NCBI GenBank assembly: GCA_018263505.1
Contig: JAANXA010000014.1
Location: 4,319 to 68,318, forward strand
Direction: 5' to 3'
Source of the DNA: Nitrosopumilus sp.
Lineage (GTDB): Archaea > Thermoproteota > Nitrososphaeria > Nitrososphaerales > Nitrosopumilaceae
DNA: 64,000 nucleotides
Below, one piece after another: positions 21,744 through 30,360 of the stretch; within the stretch, counting starts at the first letter, position 1; each line of letters starts with the position of its first letter. The notes under the pieces were generated by a model. It searched no databases and had not been told where the DNA came from. It was given only the letters and a program-made list of their open reading frames with translations. The position numbers and the translations under genes were made by a program.

Positions 21744-22199
21744 ATGCACAGATTTGATGATCTTGATATGAAATTGCTTTTTGAGTTAACTAATGATGGT
21801 TCAATTTCTGTTCCTATTCTGTCTCAAAAATTGGGCATTAATGCATCTGTTCTTTATAGCAGGATTAAGAGATTGATGAAGAAGAAATTAATTAAAAAAT
21901 TTACTATTGATATTGATGACTCTTTGCTCGGGATTGGTGTCAAGGCAAATGTTGGTATTAATAGAGACCCAAAATTCAAGGATGCCATTCAAAAGACTTT
22001 CATGGACACTAAAGAGGTCGTATCAATTTCAGAAGTGACTGGACGCTTTGACATGATCATAAAGGTATATGCAAAAAATCTTGAATCTCTTCATGGAATA
22101 GTAATTGATAAAATTGGAAAAATCGAGGGTATTCAAAATACTGAAACATTTGTAGAATTACAAAAAACTGACAAAGATCCTATATATTTAATTGAATAA
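21744..22199 (+). CDS. Lrp/AsnC-family transcriptional regulator
   Basis: N-terminal HTH (DDLDMKLLFELTNDGSISVPILSQKLGINASVLYSRIKRL) plus a C-terminal RAM/ASNC domain pattern. Confidence 0.85.
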   Translation: MHRFDDLDMKLLFELTNDGSISVPILSQKLGINASVLYSRIKRLMKKKLIKKFTIDIDDSLLGIGVKANVGINRDPKFKDAIQKTFMDTKEVVSISEVTGRFDMIIKVYAKNLESLHGIVIDKIGKIEGIQNTETFVELQKTDKDPIYLIE

Positions 22200-22279
22200 T
22201 ATCATAAACTTGATCTTTTAACTATGTTTTAAAATTTGAAAAATTATTTGTCACTTGAAAATTACTTAAAATTAATTTC

Positions 22280-22759
22280 TTATTGTAATTTTTCGTCCCA
22301 TTTACCTTCATTAATTTCGGCAGTAATCTCTTTAGGCGTTTTTCCTTCTATTTTTACTCCTAATGCCACACATGTACCAATGATGGTTTTTGCTACTGAT
22401 TTTAATGATGAAGCATAAGACTTTTCAAGTTTTGTATTTGCAACTTTGATAATTGAATCCATTGTAACATCTCCTGCCCATTCAGTACCTGATGCACCTG
22501 ATCCTTTTTGAATTCCTGCTTCTTTCATAATTAATGCTGCAGCTGATGGAATACCAATTTCAATTTCATATTTTTTTGTGTCACTATCCACAATAACTGT
22601 CACTGGAACTTTCATTCCTTCAAAGTCTTTAGTTTTATCATTGATTGACTTGATAACTTCCATGATGTTGACACCTAGTGGACCTAATGCAGGACCCAAT
22701 GGGGGACCAGCAGATGCTCCTCCTCCCGTTACAAGTGATGATATTTTTTGTTCTCCCAT
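22280..22759 (-). CDS. rpl11: 50S ribosomal protein L11 (uL11)
   Basis: GGGASAGPPLGPALGPLGVN signature. Follows spt5. Confidence 0.93.
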   Translation of the reverse strand: MGEQKISSLVTGGGASAGPPLGPALGPLGVNIMEVIKSINDKTKDFEGMKVPVTVIVDSDTKKYEIEIGIPSAAALIMKEAGIQKGSGASGTEWAGDVTMDSIIKVANTKLEKSYASSLKSVAKTIIGTCVALGVKIEGKTPKEITAEINEGKWDEKLQ

Positions 22760-22794
22760 AATTTTATCAACTCAAAATGAAAATTTAATCCTTC

Positions 22795-23253
22795 CTAAGC
22801 CTCACTTGATAATTTTAGGTAATTTGCGTCTACTGTAACTGGTAATTGATATGCTGCATCCAACAAAACTACTGTAGCTTCTTCTTTATCTGCATCAATT
22901 CGTGTTATTGTGGCTTTCATTCCTTTGAATGGTCCACCTGTAATTTCTACGATATTATCTACTGCTAATTGTGAAACTGTTGATTTCTTAACCAGATACC
23001 CTTCAATATCTTTGAATTCTAATTCCCCTCTTAATTGACCTCGAATATGTCTAACACCTTCGACTGCCATATATGCATCACTTGGATTGATTGCTTCAAT
23101 AACGACATATCCTTTGAGATTATCTACTAGTAAAACTGATTGAATGTTAATTTGATTCGCATTAGCTTTGGCTTCTAATAACCGCATTACCACTTTTTCT
23201 TGTCCTCCCGTGGTTCTGATTGCAAATAGATGTGATTTTATTTCTTCAGACAA
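22795..23253 (-). CDS. spt5: transcription elongation factor Spt5 (archaeal NusG)
   Basis: NGN domain (FAIRTTGGQEK) and KOW motif (GGPFKGMKATITRID). Apparent TTG start. Conserved secE-spt5-L11 order. Confidence 0.9.
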   Translation of the reverse strand: MSEEIKSHLFAIRTTGGQEKVVMRLLEAKANANQINIQSVLLVDNLKGYVVIEAINPSDAYMAVEGVRHIRGQLRGELEFKDIEGYLVKKSTVSQLAVDNIVEITGGPFKGMKATITRIDADKEEATVVLLDAAYQLPVTVDANYLKLSSEA

Positions 23254-23255
23254 TT

Positions 23256-23429
23256 TTATCTACCAAATGTAACTACCGAAAAGACAAACTGAATTGTAAA
23301 ACCAATAGCACCAACACCCAAAATCCCCATTAGCACTAATCTTAGATGTTGTTGATACTCATCTTTATCTGGTTTCTTGGCCATTTTCATAGTATTGGCC
23401 ATATTCTTCAAAGTCTGCTTAGGGTTCAT
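23256..23429 (-). CDS. secE: preprotein translocase subunit SecE (Sec61-gamma), 57 aa; not in ORF track
   Basis: Hand translation: MNPKQTLKNMANTMKMAKKPDKDEYQQHLRLVLMGILGVGAIGFTIQFVFSVVTFGR. Basic N-terminus plus a single C-terminal TM. Canonical position upstream of spt5. Confidence 0.7.
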   Translation of the reverse strand: MNPKQTLKNMANTMKMAKKPDKDEYQQHLRLVLMGILGVGAIGFTIQFVFSVVTFGR

Positions 23430-23468
23430 TGGTGGAAATTATTAAGGTGTCCTTATATTCCTTATCTC

Positions 23469-24245
23469 ATGGAACTACTAGTTGCATATCGAGATGACCC
23501 TGCAGGTTACAATATGGCAAAATTTCTTTGCAATAAAATGACTTTTGATGGTGAAGTTTTTCATGGCAATTCTTATGATTTGATAATTATTCCCTCACCT
23601 GCAATTTCAGCTGATTGGTTAGATGAAAAGTATGATTATGATGGATTTGTATTTTTATCCAAACATGCTGCAGAATCTAAGGTTTTAGCTTTAACTTGTC
23701 ATAGTACTGGAAATTTTTCTGAGGCAAAATTTGGTGGTAATAATGGAGAAATTGCAATACCTCATCCCCACATTCAAAAATCATATTTGCAACTCCTGAA
23801 GAAAAATCAAGAAAAATTTTCTGATTTTCAGATTACTATTGAGGCAACTCATCATGGTCCAACTGCTTTGAAAAAACCTTCCATCTTTATTGAAATTGGA
23901 ACCACTGAAAAACAATGGAATGATAAATCACTGTGTAATTCAGTGGCCTCTTTGGTTCATCAGGTTTTATCTGAACATATACCTGAAAATCCAGTTGCTA
24001 TTTGTATTGGTGGAACCCATTATCCTTCAAAATTCACAAAAGAATTACTTGATGGAAAATATGCTCTTGGAACTGTTATCCCAAAACATGCTTTAGATAA
24101 TCTAAATACTGAATTATTTTCTCAAATCCTTTTGAAAAATAAAACTGCAACTGTTGCATTTTTAGATTGGACTGGATTGGGACAAAACAAATCCAAAGTA
24201 GTTGATTTTCTTAAATCTACTGAACTTGAGGTCATCAAACTTTGA
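23469..24245 (+). CDS. dtdA: archaeal-type D-aminoacyl-tRNA deacylase (DtdA/DTD2)
   Basis: MELLVAYRDDPAGYNMA..., SKHAAES and TIEATHHGPT motifs are typical of the family. ATG at 23469 avoids overlap with secE. Confidence 0.78.
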   Translation: MELLVAYRDDPAGYNMAKFLCNKMTFDGEVFHGNSYDLIIIPSPAISADWLDEKYDYDGFVFLSKHAAESKVLALTCHSTGNFSEAKFGGNNGEIAIPHPHIQKSYLQLLKKNQEKFSDFQITIEATHHGPTALKKPSIFIEIGTTEKQWNDKSLCNSVASLVHQVLSEHIPENPVAICIGGTHYPSKFTKELLDGKYALGTVIPKHALDNLNTELFSQILLKNKTATVAFLDWTGLGQNKSKVVDFLKSTELEVIKL

Positions 24246-24541
24246 ATCTTAATGAAAGGATTTACAAAAAATTGTTACAAGTTCCAAGAGGACAAATCAC
24301 AACTTATGGTGAATTATCTAAATCTGTTGGGTTAAAAAATGGTCAAAGACTTGTTGGAAAAATTATGAGCAACAACCCTTACCCTGTGATAATACCATGT
24401 CATCGAGTAATTTTATCTACTGGTAAAATTGGTGGATATGCATTCGGAGAAAATGTTAAGACAAAAATGTTAAGTGATGAAGGCATACAAATTGAAAATG
24501 GAAAAATCATCGATTTAAAAAATAAATTTTATAGGTTCTAA
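24242..24541 (+). CDS. ogt: methylated-DNA-protein-cysteine methyltransferase-like (MGMT/Ogt C-terminal domain only)
   Basis: Active-site IIPCHRVI, with the helix-turn-helix TTYGELSKSVG upstream. Confidence 0.8.
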   Translation: MNLNERIYKKLLQVPRGQITTYGELSKSVGLKNGQRLVGKIMSNNPYPVIIPCHRVILSTGKIGGYAFGENVKTKMLSDEGIQIENGKIIDLKNKFYRF

Positions 24542-24999
24542 TCTTTTCTCTTTTCTTTGATTTCATCCATCAAAGTTCTTAGATGTGCTTTATTTCTAAC
24601 TGTGTTACCTCCAACTTTTTTATACAATGCCCAAAATTCTGGATTTGTTAAATCTTTTCTGTCTTTAGCTATTTTTAATAATCTTCTTAATGATCTTACT
24701 TTGGTAACGTAAACTGTTTTCTTTCCTACTCTTGCACCTTTTCTACCTTGTTTGGAACCTTGAGTTGTCCCTCTTTTATTTCTCTGATCTTTTTTGGTTT
24801 GTGCTCTTCCTCTTGATGTTCCAGTAAATGATTTTATTGTAATTGTATTTGCTGTTATTAAACTACGAATATTTTCTCTAGTGATTGCGTCTGCAATGTC
24901 CGTAAGATGATCTGTATCAAATCTAATTCTATGAACCCCTACACCTGTAACTCGTGATACGAGTCTTTTTTTAGCTTTAAGATTTACTACCACTTGCAC
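24538..24999 (-). CDS. rpl19e: 50S ribosomal protein L19e (eL19)
   Basis: Basic L19e-like sequence (KRLVSRV..VGVHRIRFD...) downstream of L32e. Confidence 0.9.
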   Translation of the reverse strand: MQVVVNLKAKKRLVSRVTGVGVHRIRFDTDHLTDIADAITRENIRSLITANTITIKSFTGTSRGRAQTKKDQRNKRGTTQGSKQGRKGARVGKKTVYVTKVRSLRRLLKIAKDRKDLTNPEFWALYKKVGGNTVRNKAHLRTLMDEIKEKRKD

Positions 25000-25381
25000 T
25001 CACTCTCGCATTAAATATTTTGAATTTCTTTTCAATTGCTTTAACTACAATCTCTTTCCTTTTCTTAGTACCTACACTATGTCCAAATCTGATACCATCT
25101 TTTTTTGGATCTAATTTCTCCAAATCTGCTAAATTATACACTAAATTATCTGTAAATCCTGATGGATGCAATCCTTTTGAAGCATTAGGTCCACCATATC
25201 CTACTTTAACAAGACCTGGTCTACCTCTGCTTTTTTGTTTTCTTTGATGATGATCAATTCCTTTTGGTTTTCTCCAATTTGTTTGGAGTCTAACATAACG
25301 CCAACTTTCCGGTCTGATAAATTCCGGATTATGTTCTTTAACTTCTTGCCTCTTTGCAATTAGTTCTTTGTTGATCGTCAT
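24977..25381 (-). CDS. rpl32e: 50S ribosomal protein L32e (eL32)
   Basis: ...FIRPESWRYVRLQTNWRKPKGIDHHQR... is the L32e pattern. Confidence 0.9.
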   Translation of the reverse strand: MTINKELIAKRQEVKEHNPEFIRPESWRYVRLQTNWRKPKGIDHHQRKQKSRGRPGLVKVGYGGPNASKGLHPSGFTDNLVYNLADLEKLDPKKDGIRFGHSVGTKKRKEIVVKAIEKKFKIFNARVSASGSKS

Positions 25382-25524
25382 GAATTAAGTCTTGAATTTT
25401 GAAATAAATACGTTCCTAGACTAAAAAAATATCTGATAAGAAAGAGATAATAAGGAAATTCAAGGCGGATCGAAATATTCATGGACAAGCCTGAAATTAA
25501 TATCATTTTTGATGGAGTATTCTC

Positions 25525-27129
25525 ATGACTGAGATTGTAGGTATTGCACCAACTGAGAAATTTTCATCACAATTAATTGCATTTGGGATTAATCCTTCCA
25601 AAGTTCACAGAAATCTTACTGTTGATCAGATGGTGAGTTTAGCAGTTGAGAGAAAAGAAGGTGTTGTCAATTCTACTGGTTCCCTTTCTGTCAATACTGG
25701 AAAATATACTGGGCGTTCTCCAGATGATAGATTCATTGTGTATGATGATAAAACTCATAATACAATTGATTGGGGAAAAATAAATCATCAATTCCCAAGT
25801 GGCAAATTTGAAAAACTTTTTGAAAAGATGAAAAATTTTGTTGATAATAAGGAACTTTTTGTTTTTGATGGTTTCGTAGGTGCTGATCCTGAAACTCGTT
25901 TACCGATTAGAGTGATTAATGATCATGTTTGGCAAAATATGTTTTCAAGTAATTTGTTTATTCGACCTAATGATCAAGAGTTAGAAAATCATGAACCTGA
26001 ATTTACTATTTTATGTATTAATGACTTTGTTGCAGATCCTGAAATAGATGGCACAAGAACTGATGTTTTCATTTTAATTGATTTGACAAGAAAAATTGTT
26101 TTGATTGGTGGAACTGAATATGCTGGTGAAATGAAAAAATCTATGTTTGGTGTGATGAATTTCTTATTGCCTGATAGAGGTATTTTCCCAATGCACTGTT
26201 CTGCAAATATTGGAGAGAAAGGTGATACTGCATTATTTTTTGGTTTATCTGGAACTGGAAAAACAACTCTTTCAGCTGATCCAAATAGAAAATTAATCGG
26301 TGATGATGAACATGGTTGGTCTGATAATGGAACTTTTAATTTTGAAGGTGGTTGTTATGCAAAATGTATCAATCTTAGTCAAGAAGCAGAACCAGAAATT
26401 TGGAATGCCATTAAACCTGGTGCACTTTTGGAAAATGTTGTATTGAACGATAATGTTCCAGATTATGATGATAACTCATTAACAGAAAACACTCGTGTAG
26501 GTTATCCTCTGGATTACATCCCTGGTGCTGTAATTCCTAGTGTTGGCGGAAATCCTAGAGTGATTGTATTTCTTACTGCTGACGCATTAGGTGTTTTACC
26601 TCCTGTTTCAAGATTGACAAAGGAAGGTGCAATGTATCATTTTATGTCCGGCTATACTAGTAAACTAGCAGGAACTGAACGAGGAATTAAAGAACCTAAA
26701 TCTGTATTTTCTCAATGTTTTGGAGCTCCATTCATGCCTAGACCAGCTTCTGTTTATGCTAAATTATTGGGTGAAAAAATTAATCAACATAATACTGTAG
26801 TATATCTGGTAAATACTGGATGGTCTGGGGGAGCATATGGTGTTGGAAAAAGAATCAAAATCAAGTATAGTAGAGCAATGGTTACTGCAGCTCTAACTGG
26901 TGCTCTTGATATTGTGAAATATAGACATGATGATATTTTCAACTTAGATATTCCTACTGAAATTGAAGGAGTTCCTTCTGAGATTTTAGATCCAAAAAAT
27001 ACTTGGATTGATAAAGACTCATACAATTTATCTGCAAAAAAATTAGCACAAATGTTTGTTGAAAACTTCAAGAAATTTGAAAATGTTTCAACTGATATTG
27101 TTGAAGCTGGTCCAAAATATTCTCAATAG
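25525..27129 (+). CDS. pckA: phosphoenolpyruvate carboxykinase (ATP)
   Basis: TGRSPDDRF, kinase-1a FFGLSGTGKTTLS and IGDDEHGW motifs. 534 aa. Confidence 0.93.
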   Translation: MTEIVGIAPTEKFSSQLIAFGINPSKVHRNLTVDQMVSLAVERKEGVVNSTGSLSVNTGKYTGRSPDDRFIVYDDKTHNTIDWGKINHQFPSGKFEKLFEKMKNFVDNKELFVFDGFVGADPETRLPIRVINDHVWQNMFSSNLFIRPNDQELENHEPEFTILCINDFVADPEIDGTRTDVFILIDLTRKIVLIGGTEYAGEMKKSMFGVMNFLLPDRGIFPMHCSANIGEKGDTALFFGLSGTGKTTLSADPNRKLIGDDEHGWSDNGTFNFEGGCYAKCINLSQEAEPEIWNAIKPGALLENVVLNDNVPDYDDNSLTENTRVGYPLDYIPGAVIPSVGGNPRVIVFLTADALGVLPPVSRLTKEGAMYHFMSGYTSKLAGTERGIKEPKSVFSQCFGAPFMPRPASVYAKLLGEKINQHNTVVYLVNTGWSGGAYGVGKRIKIKYSRAMVTAALTGALDIVKYRHDDIFNLDIPTEIEGVPSEILDPKNTWIDKDSYNLSAKKLAQMFVENFKKFENVSTDIVEAGPKYSQ

Positions 27130-27130
27130 T

Positions 27131-29149
27131 TTATCTCTTTTTTAATAATCCTACCATTCCTACAATTATTACGATACCTACAATCAAAATTATTTGTTTT
27201 TCTGGAATATTGAATTGTATGTTTTCTATATTGTTTGAAAGTGTAGTCACTTTAATTGTATTATATGCATTTGATGTAGTCCCATTTACTCTAATTTTTG
27301 CATCAATCCAATATTCCCCATTTTCATAAATTTCAATTGTTGGTTTTTTTCCTGGAACTGTTGTTGTGGTATCTGTTTTCAAATTTTTATTATTTGTGAT
27401 TGAAATTTTTGCAAAACTCCATTCTTCAGGATGTTTTACCTCAAAGAATAATTCTTGTTCTTGTTGATTGACCAAAATTGATCCTGGTGTATAATGCAAC
27501 AAAAATGGAATTGTATATTTCGATTCTGCATGATTGATAATTAATTTTCCTTCATGATCTCCATATTTTTCTTCTTTGAAATTCATTTTGATTTGTAAAT
27601 TATCCCCTTCAAGAAAATATGAAAAATCAATAAATTCAGGACCTTCAAAATTTACATCTAATTCTTTCATAGTATTACTGATGAATTTTAACTTGAATTG
27701 TTTTGAGAATTCTGAATCATATCCTGAAATACTACCTACAAAATTTGGAGGTATAATAATCAAATCTGCTTCAAAAGCATTGCCTATGTTTAATCTACCT
27801 GAACCTGCATCGGAAATTAAAAATTCTTTACCATATGCATCTGATACTGGTTCTGTGGTTGTTAATAATAGAGATTTGATTTCATGATGATGTAATTCTG
27901 GATTTTTTTGTAGTAATAATGCAGCAGCTCCACTAACATGTGGTGCTGCATAACTTGTCCCACTGGCAAAATTATATGCTGCACCATTTTTTGTGGTATT
28001 GATATATGCCCCAGGTGCTACAATTTCTGGTTTAAGATAAAATGGTGAAACTGGACCTCTTGAACTAAACGGTGCTACAAAATCTGGATTGTAAAATAAA
28101 TTCATAGATGCAGAATTTCCATTTTTTATTGATTCTATAATTTCTAAACCTTCTTCTCTGTCTATTGAAACTACTGGAATTTGTGGATTATAATCTGACT
28201 CGACAAATTCGTGAATTAATTCTCCCAAAAAAATTCCTGGTTCATTATTATACACTATCAAAGCTTGTGCACCTGCATTAGCTGAATTATTTTCTTTAAT
28301 TGAAAAGTACAATAATTCTCCTTTTACATCACTACCTCTTTCAACAATCAATATTGCATCTTTTACATTGATTTTATCCAAATCATTTTTTTTCCCATAT
28401 CCTCCAAAAACTATTTCTCCTGTTATTGGCTGTTCAATTTTTGAAGAACCTACCATTGGAATGACAGTATATGGTTTTTTATTCACTTCTAATGTTGCAA
28501 CCAAACTTGATGCAAGATTGTTATATGTTGCACCAACAGTAATTGATTCCGGATTTCTTCCTGGACTTCCTATCGTTTTGGGATTTGGACCATCATTTCC
28601 AGCTGCTGTAACTACAAAGATTTCTTTTTCTAATGCTTGATTGACTGCTTTATCGATCTTTGAATTTGTTTTATTCACTCCTAAACTAATATTGATAATA
28701 TCTGCATCATCTTCAATTGCTTTTTCAATTGCTTTGATAATTAATTCTGATGAAACTCCTTCCCCGTTTTCTGAAACTTTGTATGCTAAAATTTTTGCTT
28801 TTGGTGCAATCCCAATTGCCTGACCATCAGCTGCAATAATTCCTGCAACTTGAGTTCCGTGTCCATTGGTATCTATTGGATGTTCATTTTCATTAATGAA
28901 ATTATATCCTCCGATTACTTTTCCTTCTTCTCCCCAACCTGATAGATCTGGATGAGTATAGTCTACACCAGTATCAATAATTGCAATTTTAATTCCTTCT
29001 CCATTAATTCCATCCATTCTTGGAATGTCTGAACCTACAAATGGTCCACTTCTATCCAAATACATTTGAATTTTATTTTCATTTTCTAACTGTAAAAAAA
29101 CAAAACTTGATAAAATTATAAGTAATGATGACATAATCAATAGTTTCAC
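27131..29149 (-). CDS. secreted subtilisin-like S8 serine peptidase with a C-terminal TM anchor
   Basis: Signal/TM N-terminus. Catalytic triad motifs IIDTGVD, HGTQVAGII and GTSYAAPHVSGAAALL. PA-like insert. C-terminus IILIVGIVIIVGMVGLLKKR. Confidence 0.9.
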   Translation of the reverse strand: MKLLIMSSLLIILSSFVFLQLENENKIQMYLDRSGPFVGSDIPRMDGINGEGIKIAIIDTGVDYTHPDLSGWGEEGKVIGGYNFINENEHPIDTNGHGTQVAGIIAADGQAIGIAPKAKILAYKVSENGEGVSSELIIKAIEKAIEDDADIINISLGVNKTNSKIDKAVNQALEKEIFVVTAAGNDGPNPKTIGSPGRNPESITVGATYNNLASSLVATLEVNKKPYTVIPMVGSSKIEQPITGEIVFGGYGKKNDLDKINVKDAILIVERGSDVKGELLYFSIKENNSANAGAQALIVYNNEPGIFLGELIHEFVESDYNPQIPVVSIDREEGLEIIESIKNGNSASMNLFYNPDFVAPFSSRGPVSPFYLKPEIVAPGAYINTTKNGAAYNFASGTSYAAPHVSGAAALLLQKNPELHHHEIKSLLLTTTEPVSDAYGKEFLISDAGSGRLNIGNAFEADLIIIPPNFVGSISGYDSEFSKQFKLKFISNTMKELDVNFEGPEFIDFSYFLEGDNLQIKMNFKEEKYGDHEGKLIINHAESKYTIPFLLHYTPGSILVNQQEQELFFEVKHPEEWSFAKISITNNKNLKTDTTTTVPGKKPTIEIYENGEYWIDAKIRVNGTTSNAYNTIKVTTLSNNIENIQFNIPEKQIILIVGIVIIVGMVGLLKKR

Positions 29150-29226
29150 AATTTTTGTAATTTTTTAACAAGTAAAAATGAATTGCTTACTAAAGCAATA
29201 AATGGAATTAAAATTAAAAACAACAT

Positions 29227-29847
29227 ATGGGAAAATATACACTTCCTGAAATGCCATATGCTTATGATGCATTGGAACCTCACATTGATGCTAGAACAAT
29301 GGAGATTCATCATACAAAACATCATCAAACATACACTGACAAATTAAATGCAGCACTTGAAAACTGTCCAACTGAAATTCAAGAAAAAGATATCGTTGAT
29401 ATCTTATCTAATATCGATTCAGTGCCAGCGGATAAAAGAGGTGCAATTAATTTCAATGGTGGTGGTTATGATAACCACAGGTTATTTTGGAATAACATGA
29501 AACAAAATGGCGGTGGAGAACCTGGAGGATCAATTGCAGATGCAATCAATGATTCTTTTGGAAGCTTTGCTGACTTTAAAGAGAAATTCACATCTACCAC
29601 TGCTGTAATTCAAGGCAGTGGTTGGGGATGGTTAGTATACAATCCAACAACATCTAAAGTTGAATACAAATCGATGCCAAACCAAACTAGTCCAAGAACT
29701 GACGGATTAGTACCATTGTTGGGCTGTGATGTGTGGGAACATGCTTACTATCTAAACTATCAAAACAAAAGACCAGTATACATTGAAGCATGGTGGAATG
29801 TAATTAACTGGGATGAAGTAGAAAATAGATTCTCTAAAGCAAAATAA
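29227..29847 (+). CDS. sod: Fe/Mn superoxide dismutase
   Basis: LPYAYDALEPHID, HHTKHHQTY and DVWEHAYYL motifs. Confidence 0.95.
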   Translation: MGKYTLPEMPYAYDALEPHIDARTMEIHHTKHHQTYTDKLNAALENCPTEIQEKDIVDILSNIDSVPADKRGAINFNGGGYDNHRLFWNNMKQNGGGEPGGSIADAINDSFGSFADFKEKFTSTTAVIQGSGWGWLVYNPTTSKVEYKSMPNQTSPRTDGLVPLLGCDVWEHAYYLNYQNKRPVYIEAWWNVINWDEVENRFSKAK

Positions 29848-29931
29848 AGTTAATCTTTATTTTTCATTTTTCATTTTTTTGATTCTTACCTATGAATGAA
29901 TTTATAACCATCTGAGCAATGTTTGTTGTAA

Positions 29932-30357
29932 ATGAGTGAAGAACAGGCAGAACAATTGATGCAACAAATGCAAATGCTTGAAACATATTTTTCAGATTTA
30001 TCCCAAAGAGAACAAACATTTGTTGGAATTTTAAGAGAAACCACTGCTGCGATTGAATCCATAAAATCTCTTAATGAAAAACCTGAATCTGAAACACTGG
30101 TTCCAATTGGAATGGGTACGTATATTCCAACAAAAATTTCATCTACTCAAAAAATAGTTTTGAACATTGGTGCTGGAATAGCTGTGGAAAAAGATTTCCC
30201 TTCTGCTATTAATTATCTTGAGGCACGAATTAAAGAAGTTGAAATTGCTTTACAAGATACCTCTGTTAAAAAACAAGATGCTGCATCTAGATTAGAACAA
30301 GGAAAAGCTCAAGTCAATCAAATGATGCAAACTATGCAAAAACCGACTACTGGATAA
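29932..30357 (+). CDS. pfdA: prefoldin alpha subunit
   Basis: Coiled-coil / beta-hairpin / coiled-coil layout (..ETLVPIGMGTYIPTKI..). Conserved pfdA-ftsY adjacency. Confidence 0.82.
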   Translation: MSEEQAEQLMQQMQMLETYFSDLSQREQTFVGILRETTAAIESIKSLNEKPESETLVPIGMGTYIPTKISSTQKIVLNIGAGIAVEKDFPSAINYLEARIKEVEIALQDTSVKKQDAASRLEQGKAQVNQMMQTMQKPTTG

Positions 30358-30360
30358 ATC

